From the NCBI RefSeq assembly GCF_009834535.1, contig NC_045722.1, positions 13,578,001-13,642,000 of the forward strand: a DNA stretch of 64,000 nucleotides. Direction: 5' to 3'. Shown here piece after piece: positions 1-12,339 of the stretch. The translations under genes were made by a program, and so were the position numbers. Position 1 is the first letter of the stretch. Each line of letters opens with the position of its first letter. Origin of the DNA: Camelus ferus. Lineage: Eukaryota. The notes beneath the pieces were generated by a model. That model worked only from the letters and a program-made list of their open reading frames with translations, did not search any database and was not told where the DNA came from.

Positions 1-547
1 AGTCAATGAATGATGCTCTTTATGGCTGTTCCCAGCACTGTCTCTTTAATAACAATGCCTCAGTTTTAAAGAGAAGTGGAAAAGGAAAACACAACAACTC
101 TCACATTCGTTGTGTTTCTTCTCCTATTTCTTAAATTGCCACAGCTTTGGCAGCAACTGGATCAGTTGGTTGCAAACACGATGATGTGTTTTGGCCCTTG
201 AATCCTATACATTATGACATATGAAAGAAAAAAGTTATAATTTCAAGATGATAATTTGAGTGGAAACAGATGGGATTTCAGTAGCGATGCGCATAGCTTC
301 TTGCATCTTGCAGGTCATGTCCCCTCCCCCTTCCCTTGGGAAGATAGTACGTTTGCCATATTTCTTTCCCTACCTCCCCATCCCCACCCCTCTGGCCATA
401 TGTTTCATAATGAGGGCACTTAAAATATCCTGGAATTGGCCTATCTTCACGATATTTAAAATATGAGATGTGATAATATATTAAACAGATTTCAAACACA
501 TGGGCGACACAGGAGGAGAAAAAAAAAGCACTGGGAAAAGTTCACAC

Positions 548-697
548 CATGTTATTTTGAGGGGAGGTCGGCAAGGAAGTAGGGGGCATCTTGTAAAGGA
601 TCTTAGATCGCAGAGAAACAGGCTCCTCGGGCATGAGGCAAGAAAGATGGTGTTTGGCGAATGTGTGATCGATGTTTTTGAGAAACAGACCATCGGT
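548..697 (-). other. Candidate internal exon, 150 nt, phase 0-0, product not recognised
   Basis: cattttcag|ACC...ATG|gtgtga; open for 50 codons (TDGLFLKNIDHTFAKHHLSCLMPEEPVSLRSKILYKMPPTSLPTSPQNNM); CpG-retaining; donor only moderate. Confidence 0.2.
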
Positions 698-1643
698 CTG
701 AAAATGTGCATTTGAATTTATAGAAGCAAAGATCCGGGGCCACCCGGAGGGTTTGGCTGGCTGTTCTCTAGTCTAGAGAGCAGGAGATGAAAGGTCACCC
801 ATCTGGTTCCCTGAGTGTGATGACTGCTTTGCCGGGCTCATGTGCCTGTGGGTCCGCCGTAGGGGGAAGCTTGGCTGGGCTTTGCTGTGTTGGCAGCAGG
901 TGAAATACCAAATAGGAAGATGATAAATAATCAGTGGGCCCATTTTTCATATTTGGATGGAGGGAAAAGTTAATGGAGTTAGGGGAACTTTGGCTCCCTC
1001 ATTCCAAATGGCTAGGCTTTGATTATTTCAAGATTGACCATTCAATCTCCAAAGGCCTGGGATGGTATTTCTCTCTGCCAGACTGTGAAGAAGAGCTGAC
1101 CATATTGGAGGGTCTGCGTGCCTCAGTTCCTTTGAGAGGTTCAGCATGTACAAGTCCATCTGGCTTTTGAATTCCCACTTGTCCTTAGGATGAGCTTGGT
1201 ACATGTGAGAACTACCCTCTTCCTACACTGCTTGCTTCTGAAAAATTATTTTTCTCTTTATACTTATTATACAGGGGTATGAGTACCCCCCAGAGGGCAT
1301 AGGGGACTGCAGTAAGCACTCAAAGCCATTGAGTTAGCATGGGACCTCTTCCAGCAGCATAAATTTTACTCCGATAATGAGAAAGAACACATCAATTTTA
1401 TATCAAAGTAAACACACATATGAAACCAAATAGAAGACAACAGTCCATAATAGTAGAAATAAAACAAACATAAAGTTAAAACATAAAGCATAATAATGGT
1501 TAGTGGAGTGCTTTGAATACAGTACATGCTCAATAGACATATGTTGAGTGAATGATTGAATTTTAATTTCCTAAGTAAGATAAGACAACTTCAACTTTTA
1601 AGACTGTTTATGAATATCCCAAGCACCACGCTGTCACTTGCAG

Positions 1644-1720
1644 AATGAGTTGTTGGCTTTTAAATGCTGCCTGGAAAAGAGATTAATTGCTCTGTGGAAA
1701 TTAACCTGCATGACACAAAG
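1644..1720 (+). other. Candidate exon, 77 nt
   Basis: ctgtcacttgcag|AATGAG...ACAAAG|gtgagg; strong donor, one open frame (NELLAFKCCLEKRLIALWKLTCMTQ). Confidence 0.15.
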
Positions 1721-2159
1721 GTGAGGCTTTGGACGCAGGATGGAAAACGTTTAGATTCAGAGATTAAAAATTCTGAAAAAGCACTCTGCTTTCTATAAGA
1801 GATACACCAGGTTACAGCCAGTTTCAAGCCCAGTTCAAAATTCTACCTATTTGTTAAGAATAAGTTTGTTTTCACCAGACAGCTATAGAAGCCGGTCATC
1901 AGGTTGGAGTGAGTTCTGGTTTCCATGGGGGCATCGAATCGAGTTATACTGATAGATTTCAACTGGCAGCCTGATGGGGCTTGGTTTTTCTTGAATGGCA
2001 ACTGGTGTTAGAGAAAGGCACTCAAAAGTGAGACCAGACTGTGTCACCTCCAAGACAGCAGAAGAGGGGTGGCTGAGGTTAATTCCCAGCTGAAGATGCA
2101 ACTAAATAAAAATGCATAGCTATAATGCATGACTACTGGGTAAAAGCAGATTTTTTTTT

Positions 2160-2455
2160 TAGGAATTAACTAAAGTTCATCTTTATTCCCACCAGTGTTT
2201 ACCCAATGCCCTACTTACGTCCATCCAGGTTGTCATTTGTCTGTAGACTCTTGACTGTGATAGTTGCTTAGACGTTTTTTGTTTTTGACAACGACGATTT
2301 TAAGGCTTAATGGTCAGATATTTTGTAGAATGAACCTCTTTTGCAATTTGTCTGACTTTTTTTTTTTTAGACTGGGATGATGTGTTTGGGGGGAAAAGAC
2401 CACAGAGGTAAAATACCACATTCATCTTATCATGTCAAGACAAGGGTCTTCAGGA
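2160..2455 (-). mobile_element. Old L1M (L1MB/L1MC-type) 3' fragment
   Basis: ggtcagatattttgtagaatg...ttagactgggatgatgtgtttgggggaaaagaccacagaggtaaa resembles antisense old L1 3' UTR. Confidence 0.6.
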
Positions 2456-2521
2456 TGACCTCACCCTCCAGCTTATCCATACTCAGCCTCCTGCTATTCA
2501 TCAAATTTTCTACCTAAGTAT

Positions 2522-3057
2522 TGTTGGGGGGGGTCCCCAAGACTACCTCCAGGTTCAATAATTTGGTAGAAAGACTCGCAGGATTCAGAATATTATTCTA
2601 CGGCCATGATGATTACAGTAAAGCAATACCAAGCAAAATCATCAAAGGAAAAGCATATATGGGTGAAATTTAGAGGAAGCCAGGCACACACTTCCCAGAG
2701 CCCTGTCCCAGAGGAGACACGCAGGCTGCTCTCAATTCTACAGCTCTGAGTTGTGACAATACAGATTAAATGTTGCCTATCAGGGAAGCTTATTAGAAAC
2801 TCAGTGCCCAAGGTCTTTATTGGGGTCACCTTCTGCCTGGCACATGGAAAATTCCATTCTCCCCGATAGAAAACAGATGTCAGCATAAACACGTGGTCTG
2901 TCTGTATAAACAGTCTGGGCAAAGTAAGCACTGTTCTGTGAACGGTGAGAACCCTCCTAAAATCCAGGTTCCCAGATGCCAACCAAGGGCCCACCCTGCA
3001 AGCAGACCTGTCCAAGGACAGCAGTTTCAGACCTGCTGTGTTAAACTTTTCTGCACA
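2522..3057 (-). mobile_element. MER21-family solo LTR (ERVL class)
   Basis: TG...CA termini; tgttggggggggtccccaagactacc start and ccagatgccaaccaagggcccaccctgcaagcagacc...ttctgcaca end match MER21 consensus as recalled. Confidence 0.8.
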
Positions 3058-4639
3058 GTGTTCCTACCAGTTTGTGACTCCAATGGCTTCTGCTTCAAGC
3101 AGGCAGATCTCAGTGGCTATATCTCTTTGGATGTGCCTGTCTCTCTAGATTTCAGGGTAGTGGATTACCCTGCAACGTCAGTTCTCTGAGAGGTCTAAGA
3201 AAAGTCATTGCTTCACAGTTTCCCCAGCTTTTTTAATTTTTTTGGAAGAATGCGGATGATGACTTTTAAGCTCTTTACATGTCCAAGCTGAAACCAGAAG
3301 TCCCAACAAGCAGTTTTCATATCATAAATTCTCCCTCAGAAAAATTCTTACCTAAAGCTAGTGTTGTAGCTAACAACAGGCAGGAGAAAAAAGGAAACAA
3401 AAAAAGAGACAAAAATACAGAAAAGGATGTCCAAAGGATACATATGTGCCCATGGATGGCCAAATAGCAACACTTACCAATTCTCAGTAAACTTTTGAGG
3501 GTCTGGAACAATAATTCTCACCGTCTACATATTAAAATCTCATGAGGTTATTCCTAGACAATACTATTGTTTCAGCCCCATTCAAAACCAATTAAATAAA
3601 AATTTGGGGGGCTGGGACTCAGGCATTTTTAAAAAATAATCTTCACCTTAGAAAATATGCAGTCAGATTAAAAACAGTAACAACAATAATCTGTCATGGC
3701 CATGTTTCTTAAGATGTGATCCAAATTTTACTGCTTCCAAAGAACTGATTAAAATGACAGTTCTGGATATCTTTTTAGATGACTAAACCATAAATTTGGG
3801 AGTAAGGATGAAAAGCCGAATTGAAGAACCCTCGCTCCCCCAGGATACCACCATGTTCAAGTTTGAGAACCATTGATCTAGGTAGAAAAAAATTTGTGAG
3901 TGACCCATCTGTTACCTCCTCTGTAGTTTGTTTAAAAAAAAAAATTTAACCAGTTTACCAAGGTTTTCAGGAAACCACTCACACTCTATGAAGCAGGAGA
4001 CATCCAAGAATAGTTACAATAGCCAACAAAGTAAAGAATCAGGGAAGCCAAATTTTAGTAAGAAGGGGAAGAAAACTTCTCAAGAATGAAACCACTGGTC
4101 TGACCGATCGCCTTCTCCCAGCTCAGGTTAGACTAGGAGCTAGCAAGGCCGGCCAGTTCAGCAAGGCTTGGGGAGGGCATGCTGGCAATGTCTTCTCCCC
4201 CAAGGCCACCTGGCTTGGTGCAGAAAGGCAAATATCAAGTATATGTCCCAGGTAATAGTGTTGATGTTAATCAGAGAAGAAAAGTAAGATAATCTGAGAT
4301 CATTAATCAGGAGAGGACAGATGGTACCAACCAGCAGATAAAGAATAGGGAAACAGGGATCATCAGTTCTGAGATGGCCTGAATCAACTACTTGGAGAGC
4401 AGTTGAAGTGTACAGCGGATATGCCTAAAGCATGTCATGTGGGCAGATTCAGTACCTGCGTATCAATAATGAATTATATTGTCCAGCCTCCCTTTCATGA
4501 AATCGTCTTAAAGAAACAACATTTCAAGATCTGTTTATCTATCTCTCAAGTTACATATATTGGAATGTTAATTTTAATTGTGGTAGTGTGCACTATTTCC
4601 CAAATTCTCTACCTCTTTCAGCTTCCATGTTTTGTTTTG

Positions 4640-5085
4640 TTTTTTTCCTTCCCCATGTTTTATTGTAGTTTCTCTTAACAAAGGTGAAATGAATTTTGAG
4701 CTTTGATCTTGGCTATGTAATTTGCTTTGAACAATTGTTCATAAGCAGATGTAATGTCAACAAAGGTTTGGAATAGGCTTGCAAAGTGGGGCTTGTCTCT
4801 GCTCATGCCATGGAAATTGCACGCCCTTGGTTAGCCTGATGATTCAAGGAAGATGAGACTCACATGGAAAAGATGCTAAAATGCAGATTTGCAAAGGGAA
4901 CCAGAGCTGCTGCCATGGCCAACCAATAGATCTATGACTATTATTATATTATATTATTATAATATTATAATTAAATTATTTTTATTTATTTATTATATTA
5001 TTATAGCATATTATATTATTTTAAGCCACTGAGTTTTGTAGTGGTTTGTTACCCAGCATTATTTTAACAATTGCTGACTGATATA
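4640..5085 (+). mobile_element. MaLR solo LTR, MLT1H/G-like, with internal AT-rich expansion (about 4940-5020)
   Basis: ttttaagccactgagttttgtagtggtttgttacccagcattatt...gctgactgatata is the typical MLT1 3' end. Confidence 0.75.
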
Positions 5086-5859
5086 ATAGTATAATTTATA
5101 ATAGAAAAAATTCAGAATCAAATTAAATGTTCAACATAGAATTGTCTAAGTAAAATATGATATATTCATGCAAAGGATATGCTGCTACTAAAAATAATAT
5201 TATAGAAAAATATTCATTGACATATAAAATGCTCATAATAGACTTGCTAAGTAAATATGTGGCTATAAAATCCTGTGCAAAGTATTTTCTGGTAGAAAAT
5301 ATGTGTAAATTTCTATCTGTATGTAGCTGTGCATTTTTATATATAAATTTAATTTTTTCACAAGAAAGATTAAAAAGACAAACATACTAAAAGCGTTCTT
5401 TCAGAATGCTGAAATAATAGGTTTTTTCCCTACCTTTCTACTTTCCTATGTTTTCCAAATTTCAGAATTGCAAATAAGGGGCAGGGGGAGATTTTAAATA
5501 ACTAAATATTCCATACAGACAGCTGTAGATTTGTCTTCAGTGTTGGAGATTTTGAGTTGGTCCCTCTGCATACTAATACTGATTGGAAACATCTGAGAGT
5601 GTCTGCACATCTCAGAATTTGTAAAATCTGAATGACTGAACATCTGAGCAAGAATGAACAGTTTATTGGTGTCAGTAAGTGTTTTCGTCAGCACAGTGTG
5701 TCATTTGTAATTTGTATCAACTCTTCTTTCTTAACTCAGGGCGGAACTTTCTGCAAAACAGAATTGTTGCCACAATAGGCACTTAGTGTCTGGTAATTGG
5801 ATGAGCATGTGGTTGAAAGGCTGAGCCGCTGACGGAACGAATGTCAGATGGGTCAGAGA

Positions 5860-6416
5860 TTAGCAAGCAAAACAATGGCTTTTGTCCAATCCCACTAGTC
5901 TGCAAGGGAACCAGGCAGGATGCTGGCCCAGATAAAGTAGACTTGGATCCATGTTCCTAGGTACAAGGGATGGCTCTATACAGTGTATCATGTGAGTGTT
6001 GCCATGATACTGTTCCTGTTCAGCAGCAATAGTCTCTTTTAGAAACTTGTTAAGCCTGTGTTTCAATAATACATCCACATGGGTAAATGACTTGAATAAT
6101 ACATTGGCAAGATCCTCTAAATCTTTGCGCCACCAGAAAACACGTGCCTTCTTTAAACAGCTGCCGGAGCATGAAAAGGTTTGGGAAAATATTTGGAATT
6201 GGATCAATATTATGTGTCATATAAAATAAACCAAATAACCTGTGAACTGACAACAGAATCTTCCTATCTCCCAAAGATTTGCCCACAGACTTTACAAGCG
6301 TGACCTAAGTTTGAACTGCATGCTGAGTTCGATTCTGGACTTCAAAACAAGCACAATGCGATGGCCTTCTCCAGTAATGAGTACACCAGCTAATGCTAAC
6401 AAAAGAAGCGACTTCA
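5860..6416 (-). other. Speculative two-exon small ORF (exons 6416-6305 and 6160-5860) with signal-peptide-like start
   Basis: AG/GT boundaries, 144-nt intron, compatible phase, 99 further open codons; no homology recognised. Confidence 0.15.
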
Positions 6417-6499
6417 CTGCAGCAGGGATTTGAGGTAAAGAGAGTATTTAGATTTTTTTTTGTATATACTTAAGTCCCAAACAATATCTGCTCCTCCTC

Positions 6500-6715
6500 G
6501 CTGTGTGACGTGTGAAGGGTGACTAAACTCTCTGAGCTTTCCTCTGGGCAGGGCTGTGGGAAGCACTGAAGGAGATGAAGCCGGAAGAGCCTCCTTGTGC
6601 TCCGGAAGTGACAGAACACATGCGTCACTCCTGGCAAGTCAGCCAGCTCATGGAAGCACTTCTCTAACAGTGGAGTAACAGTACCCGGCAACCGTGGAAA
6701 TGAGCCAGGTTAGTC
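6500..6715. promoter_or_regulatory. Promoter/enhancer-like patch (ETS/GABPA, CRE half-sites)
   Basis: CCGGAAGTG 6602-6610, GCCGGAAG 6580-6587, TGACGT 6506-6511, TGCGTCA 6621-6627; several CpGs. Confidence 0.3.
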
Positions 6716-7445
6716 GCATTAAGTGCCTGTCAGGGAAGTCTGTTACACAGCAAACACTAAATACATATTAGCGTCCTCCAGGCTTTTTTTCTCTTTTAAT
6801 CTTATTTCTGTCGCTACCCTGTGCCTCCCTATTCTCTCCTTATTTCTTTCACCTCATATACTAGGAATTACAGACTCGGAGCAGGTGTTTGGTAAGGGAC
6901 ACTCACGTGTCTGATGCCCGGGATCCACCTGAGCCACCACAGGAGAAGAGGAACTTGAGGAACTGTTATTGCAAGTGGCTTGAATAGATGCTGAGATGCT
7001 TAGATGAATACATGTAACTTCCACATCATTTCATTTTATGACCGGCCTCAGAACCTTCCATTCTTGTCACAGGTAGACACGGGACAACATGGGGCTGTGA
7101 GTGAAAACAGTGTTAGGTACAAACCAGGCGGGAAGTGCCCATTATATATTTCATATGTACTGATTCAGGGATTCAGGCTGTAAATAATGGGAGGGAAGAA
7201 TGTTTAAGTTGATGGAAAATAAGCCCATCATAAAATAAAGGTAGAGAGTAGGGGAGTCAGGAGAGAAGAGAAAAAGAAATGATTAATTCAGGTACCAAAA
7301 GCCTTGAGTTTTACTGAAATGCAAGCCAGTCCCACATGAGTCAGAGCCAGTCTACCCTACAGCTATTCTCAGAAGTGTCCACTGTCTTCACACAGAAGTC
7401 TGGTGGTTGGTGGGGACAATGTCTGTGACTAACTGAGCACGATAT

Positions 7446-7459
7446 CCAGCAGAGGGCAC
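7446..7459 (+). promoter_or_regulatory. CTCF core motif
   Basis: CCAGCAGAGGGCAC is an exact match to CCASYAGRKGGCRS. Confidence 0.5.
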
Positions 7460-7504
7460 ATCCTCAAGAACTCAGGGTGTTCAGTACCTACTCTGGGTCA
7501 AGTA

Positions 7505-8150
7505 GCTATGATGCGAAAAAGACACNNNNNNNNNNNNNNNNNNNNNNNNNNNNNNNNNNNNNNNNNNNNNNNNNNNNNNNNNNNNNNNNNNNNNNNNNNN
7601 NNNNNNNNNNNNNNNNNNNNNNNNNNNNNNNNNNNNNNNNNNNNNNNNNNNNNNNNNNNNNNNNNNNNNNNNNNNNNNNNCGGCAACATGGATGGACCTG
7701 GAGATTGTCATCTTAAGTGAAGTAAGTCAGACAGAGAAAGACATATATCATATGATATCACTTATATGTGGAATCTAAAAAAAATTATACAAATTTTATT
7801 TATAAACCAAAAAAGACTCATGGACATAGAAAAGAAACTATGGCTACTAAAGGGGAAAGGGTGGATAAGGATACCTAAGGAGTTTGGGGTTAACAGATAA
7901 CACACTATTACATATAAAATACATAAACAACAAGGACTTACTGTGTAGCACAGGGAACTATATTCAACTTCTTATAATCACATATAATGGAAAAGAATCT
8001 GAAACAATATATATGTATGTATTTGTGTAACTGAATTGCATTGCTCTATGCCTGAAACCAAGACTATAAATCAACTAGACTTCAATAAAAACAAAATTTT
8101 AAAAATAAACAAAGACAAAATTTTTAGAAAGAAAAAAAATAAAAGAGAGA
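7505..8150 (+). mobile_element. Cetartiodactyl-type L1 3' end, 5'-truncated, spanning a gap
   Basis: gcaacatggatggacctggagattgtcatcttaagtgaagtaagtcagacagagaaagac...tagcacagggaactatattcaa, then A-rich tail. Confidence 0.9.
7526..7680. other. Assembly gap (155 N)
   Basis: Run of N. Confidence 1.
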
Positions 8151-8159
8151 CATGATGCC

Positions 8160-8350
8160 TCAGGCTTTGGTGCCAAGCAGTGCAGAATTAGAATCCCGGG
8201 TCTGCCACTTACCGTGCATTCAGTTTCTGACAAGCTTCTTGACCTTCTTCTGTCGCATTCTCTTTTCTCTGAAATGTGACTCATAGATGCCAGCATGGCA
8301 CCTGTGGCATCCTGATGGTTCAAACACTGTTAGTTGTTGAAGATGTTCTG
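8160..8350 (+). mobile_element. MIR
   Basis: ggctttggtgccaagcagtgcagaattagaatcccgggtctgccactta, a degraded MIR core. Confidence 0.6.
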
Positions 8351-8981
8351 TCATTATTTTCAAAGTATTACCGCACAGCCCTTGTGGTCCACGGAGCGCA
8401 TAGCTTACCAGGGGTGAGAAGCCCATGGACCAACAGTCACCAGAGAGCGTGCCGGCAGCCCTGGTGAACACAGGCGTGAGCTCTGGGGACAGGATGCTTT
8501 TCTCCCACCCATGGCTTTGAGATCCTCCCTCCTCATTTTCAGGAAGCTGCACTTGGGGTATCAACCAGGCTGAGGTGACAATTCAGCCACCTCAGCAAAG
8601 CCTGAGGAATGACAGAAAGTTTCCACTGGAAAATTCAAACTTGGCTCTTAACAATATCGGGGAGAACACAGCAAGGTTGCACAGTATGTTTAAATATAAA
8701 TTTCATCAGAAGCCTGGGAAATAATGTTGAAGTTCACCATTCTGGCTGCATACCTGAAAACAAACCTTTGTCAAACTGAGAACTCTCTGACAAAGCGGTT
8801 CTCATTATTTGGCATTCATTTGTCACACAGTAATTATCCTATTAATCCAAATTAGACCCTTATCTTAAGCTCTTCATCCAAAGTGTGAATATAACAATTA
8901 CTGGGACTGGGTAGGTTAAAAGGAGGGTGATTTCAGAAACATGCCTTGTCATGAAAGCAGACACCATATTTTGGCAGCAAG

Positions 8982-9126
8982 NNNNNNNNNNNNNNNNNNN
9001 NNNNNNNNNNNNNNNNNNNNNNNNNNNNNNNNNNNNNNNNNNNNNNNNNNNNNNNNNNNNNNNNNNNNNNNNNNNNNNNNNNNNNNNNNNNNNNNNNNNN
9101 NNNNNNNNNNNNNNNNNNNNNNNNNN
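8982..9126. other. Assembly gap (145 N), followed by AT/TA low-complexity sequence
   Basis: Run of N. Confidence 1.
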
Positions 9127-9654
9127 TAATACAATGTATATGAATATATATGAATATTATACATTATATACTTGCTATATATAATATTAATATATATATG
9201 AACTAAGATGCATGAGTGTATCTAAGAAATATGATTAATTATAGGTTTTTAAAGATCTTCAAAGTTCTTATAGTGGTCTTTAGGGAGATTCTAAACAGGC
9301 AAGCAGACTCAGTTACGGGGTATACCAGGCCCTCTGGTATCTCATTCCAGAGGCTTCTGTTTAATTAAGTAAAGACTTCTACAGAAGACCTTCATTTAAT
9401 ACAGGATCCCATGAGACAGACCCGAAGGGCAATGGCGGTGACATCCTTGTGTGTGGGACTTCCCAAGTGACACTGAGGAGCCTGGAGTGGCTGCCTGGTA
9501 AGAAGACCCCGGGGCACCTAGTAAGGGGAACTCCCGAGTCCCACCCTAGAGGGTTCTATTCAGTAGGTCTGGAGTGTGGCTCTAAGATCTGCAGGCTTTA
9601 CACAGCTCTACAGAGGATTCTGAGAGCTAAGAGTAGAGACTACTGCCAAATGCC

Positions 9655-9800
9655 AAATGCAAATCTTGCCTGATGATGAAAATCACCTGGGCTATTAGTG
9701 GAAAATGCAGATTTCCAGGCCACGCTGCAGACTCACTGTACCCGGATCTCTGAGTCCTGGGCCCAGGTACCATATTTAACTGCCCACAGGTCAGTCTCAG
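9655..9800. mobile_element. MER5A-like hAT MITE
   Basis: aaaatcacctggg...aaaatgcagatttccaggcc...ggatctctgagtcctgggcccagg. Confidence 0.65.
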
Positions 9801-9869
9801 CTTCCGGCCTGGTGTGAACTGATGCATCAATGCTTTGATGTTTATAAATCAGTTTTCTAATGTGACTGG

Positions 9870-10060
9870 TCCGTTCATTAGTGGAGACACTTCTGAGTTT
9901 TAATTCCGATTCTTGACCTACTGGACTTGTAACTCTGGACAGTTCCTTCAGCACACAAATTCTCAGGTGACTCATTTGTGAAATAATCACAGGTTATTGC
10001 AAATATTAACGTAGCACGTGTATAATTCCTAGTAAACTGGCAGATAGTGAGTATTGAATA
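9870..10060 (+). mobile_element. MIR
   Basis: Degraded MIR core and 3' part (cacaggttattgcaaatattaa...ctggcagatagtgagtattgaata). Confidence 0.55.
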
Positions 10061-10129
10061 TTCATTTCTCCCTGTCATGACTTTATTTTCCTTTTAATGT
10101 GGATATAAATTCATAAACTAAAGGAGATA

Positions 10130-10720
10130 TAAAATAGAACATTTTGATCAAAGAAATGTAATCAAAACAAAAATGAGGTCACCATTTCATTTTTAGTAAA
10201 AAATTAAAAATGAAAAATAATGCTAACACCAATTTCAGATGAGGCTGAAATGAAAGTGTACTTTCATACATTTCTCCAAGCCATGCAAATTGGCCAGTTC
10301 TTTTGAAGATTTGATATGCTCTTAAAAGTATAAAAATACTCATTGTTTTTTTTTTAACTTGGCCATTTCTGATGGAAAGTAATCCTAAGGATGGAAAACA
10401 CTATTTTCATAAAGATACCCATTTCAGCATGATTCAAAATAGCAGAGACTTTTAGAACAGCCTGAATGTCCAACAATTCTTGACAAGGTACATCCATTTT
10501 CTGTAATACTATGAAGCCACTAAAAGTAATAATCAAGATTGCAGAGCAGTAAGGAAAAGTGCCTACTCCATGATGTGAGAAAAGCAGAGTAAAGCTATAT
10601 TTCTTCTGTGATTACAAGTGTAAAATATTTATATCTAGAAGACATGGAAATTAATAATTAAGTTGCTATGGGATGGAGAAGTTGAGATTTTTTTTTCTTT
10701 TTATTTAATACTGCTATTAC
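10130..10720 (+). mobile_element. Old L1ME-type 3' fragment
   Basis: ttcagcatgattcaaaatagcagagactttagaacagcctgaatgtccaacaa and flanking motifs. Confidence 0.6.
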
Positions 10721-11357
10721 TGTTACAATATTGCTGTCTTGTCCATGATTACTTTAAAACATTGGCCGTCCTTCCTATTATTCAGAAGAAAAAAGACAGC
10801 TCATGAGCATTGTTACATCCACAGAGGCTCCTGATATAAAACCACTTTGATGATCTCTGACAATTAAAGAAGAATCTAATTCATATTACAGGGCCTCCCT
10901 GGTTAGTCTCCTGGTGAGTCCCTCAGCAAGAGATCAGGATCCAGGGACAGGAAGCCACACAGGGCAATGTGACAAGGGCCATTCCAAGCTGGATGCAAGA
11001 AAACGAGGCAAGTCCAGGATGGATGTCCAAATGAAGGATGGGAAGAGGGTGTGGTTTCTAAGACGGCTGCACCTGGAAAGACTCAGAGCTATGAATGGTC
11101 TTTCGTAGATTTGTTAGTTTACGCAGCATGAAGAGATTCATTTGGGTCAAGGGTCCAGGAGTGGAGTCACAGAAGTACAATTTCATATATATTTTAAAAA
11201 GTGTCTGAGTTGAGAGTTGACCCATGCACTAGCCGGGCTGCCTTAGAGAAGAGACTGATTCTCTTTCGCTGTGCTCATGGCCTCCTCCCTATTCCTAACA
11301 TCCTCCAGAATCATGCCTGATTCCATGGGCATCATTTTGATGGCATTAAGTAGCTGC

Positions 11358-11742
11358 TGTATGAATTTGCTAGGGCCGCCATGACAACATACCACAGACT
11401 GGATGGCTTAAGCAACAGGAACATTTTCCCCTGTTCTGGAGGCGAGAAGTCCATGGTCAAGAGTTGGCAGGGTTGGTTTCTTCTAAGGTCCCCCTTCTTG
11501 GCTTGTAGATGGCTGTCTCCTCACTGTATTCTCAAATAGTTTCCTCTGTCTTTGCGTGAGTCCAAATTTCCTCTTCTTACAAGGACGCCAATCATATTGA
11601 GTTAGGGCCCACTCCCAAGGACTTCCTTTTGATTTAATCTCTCCTTTACAGCCCTTATCTCCAAACACAGTCACATTTCGAGGTACTAGGGATTGGGACC
11701 TCCTCATATGAATTTTATGGGGATGTAACTCAGCTCATAGCA
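11358..11742 (-). mobile_element. MaLR solo LTR, MLT1A/B-like
   Basis: tgtatgaatttgctagggccgccatgacaacataccacagactgg...cagtcacatttcgaggtactagg...ctcatagca; TG..CA ends, about 385 bp. Confidence 0.85.
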
Positions 11743-12339
11743 ATGGTCATGCTTTAGCCCAGAGTGTGGAGAGGGTCACTTGGAAGCCAAGTGGCAAGGG
11801 GTGTGACCCAACATAGACATGGACCGAGTCTGTGGGTTTGTTAGAACCTTGGAGATTACTGACCTAATTCCTCACTTTATAGAACAAGGTGAGGCTTAGG
11901 TGGGTTAGGTGGGCTTCCTAAGGCAAGTTCACATCCAATCTTTTGAGTCTCATGGACCGAGACACCAGGTAAGTCATCACTTCTGTCTTCCCTCCTTCTC
12001 ACCCCTAGACTTTCACTCCTTCTCTTAAAGCCATCCTACCTAATTGTACTCCAGACAGGCATTCACACAGGAATAATCCTCAGTACAGAAAGATCCTGAG
12101 GGAGGCTCAGAGGCCACGTGAGTCTCACTCCCCCCACCTGAGGTGTGACTCTATCAAACCCCACTGCAGGACAATGTGAAGACTCCACCATGTCCCAGCT
12201 AATGTCTTTCGTCTACAGGATCCTGGGGCAGGGAGAGTGAGAAGTGTGGTTCTCAGCAGAGAAGTCTAGTCCCTAAGGAAGAGCATTACCTACCCCTGAT
12301 CCTGGGGAGGGGTCTCTCTGTGTCTCTGCTTTCTGACCT

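Noticed and set aside
1287-1300. CTCF-like CCCCCAGAGGGCAT
   Set aside because: Two mismatches to the core consensus; too weak to call
8569-8596. 9-bp stem hairpin gctgaggtg/cacctcagc
   Set aside because: Several are expected by chance
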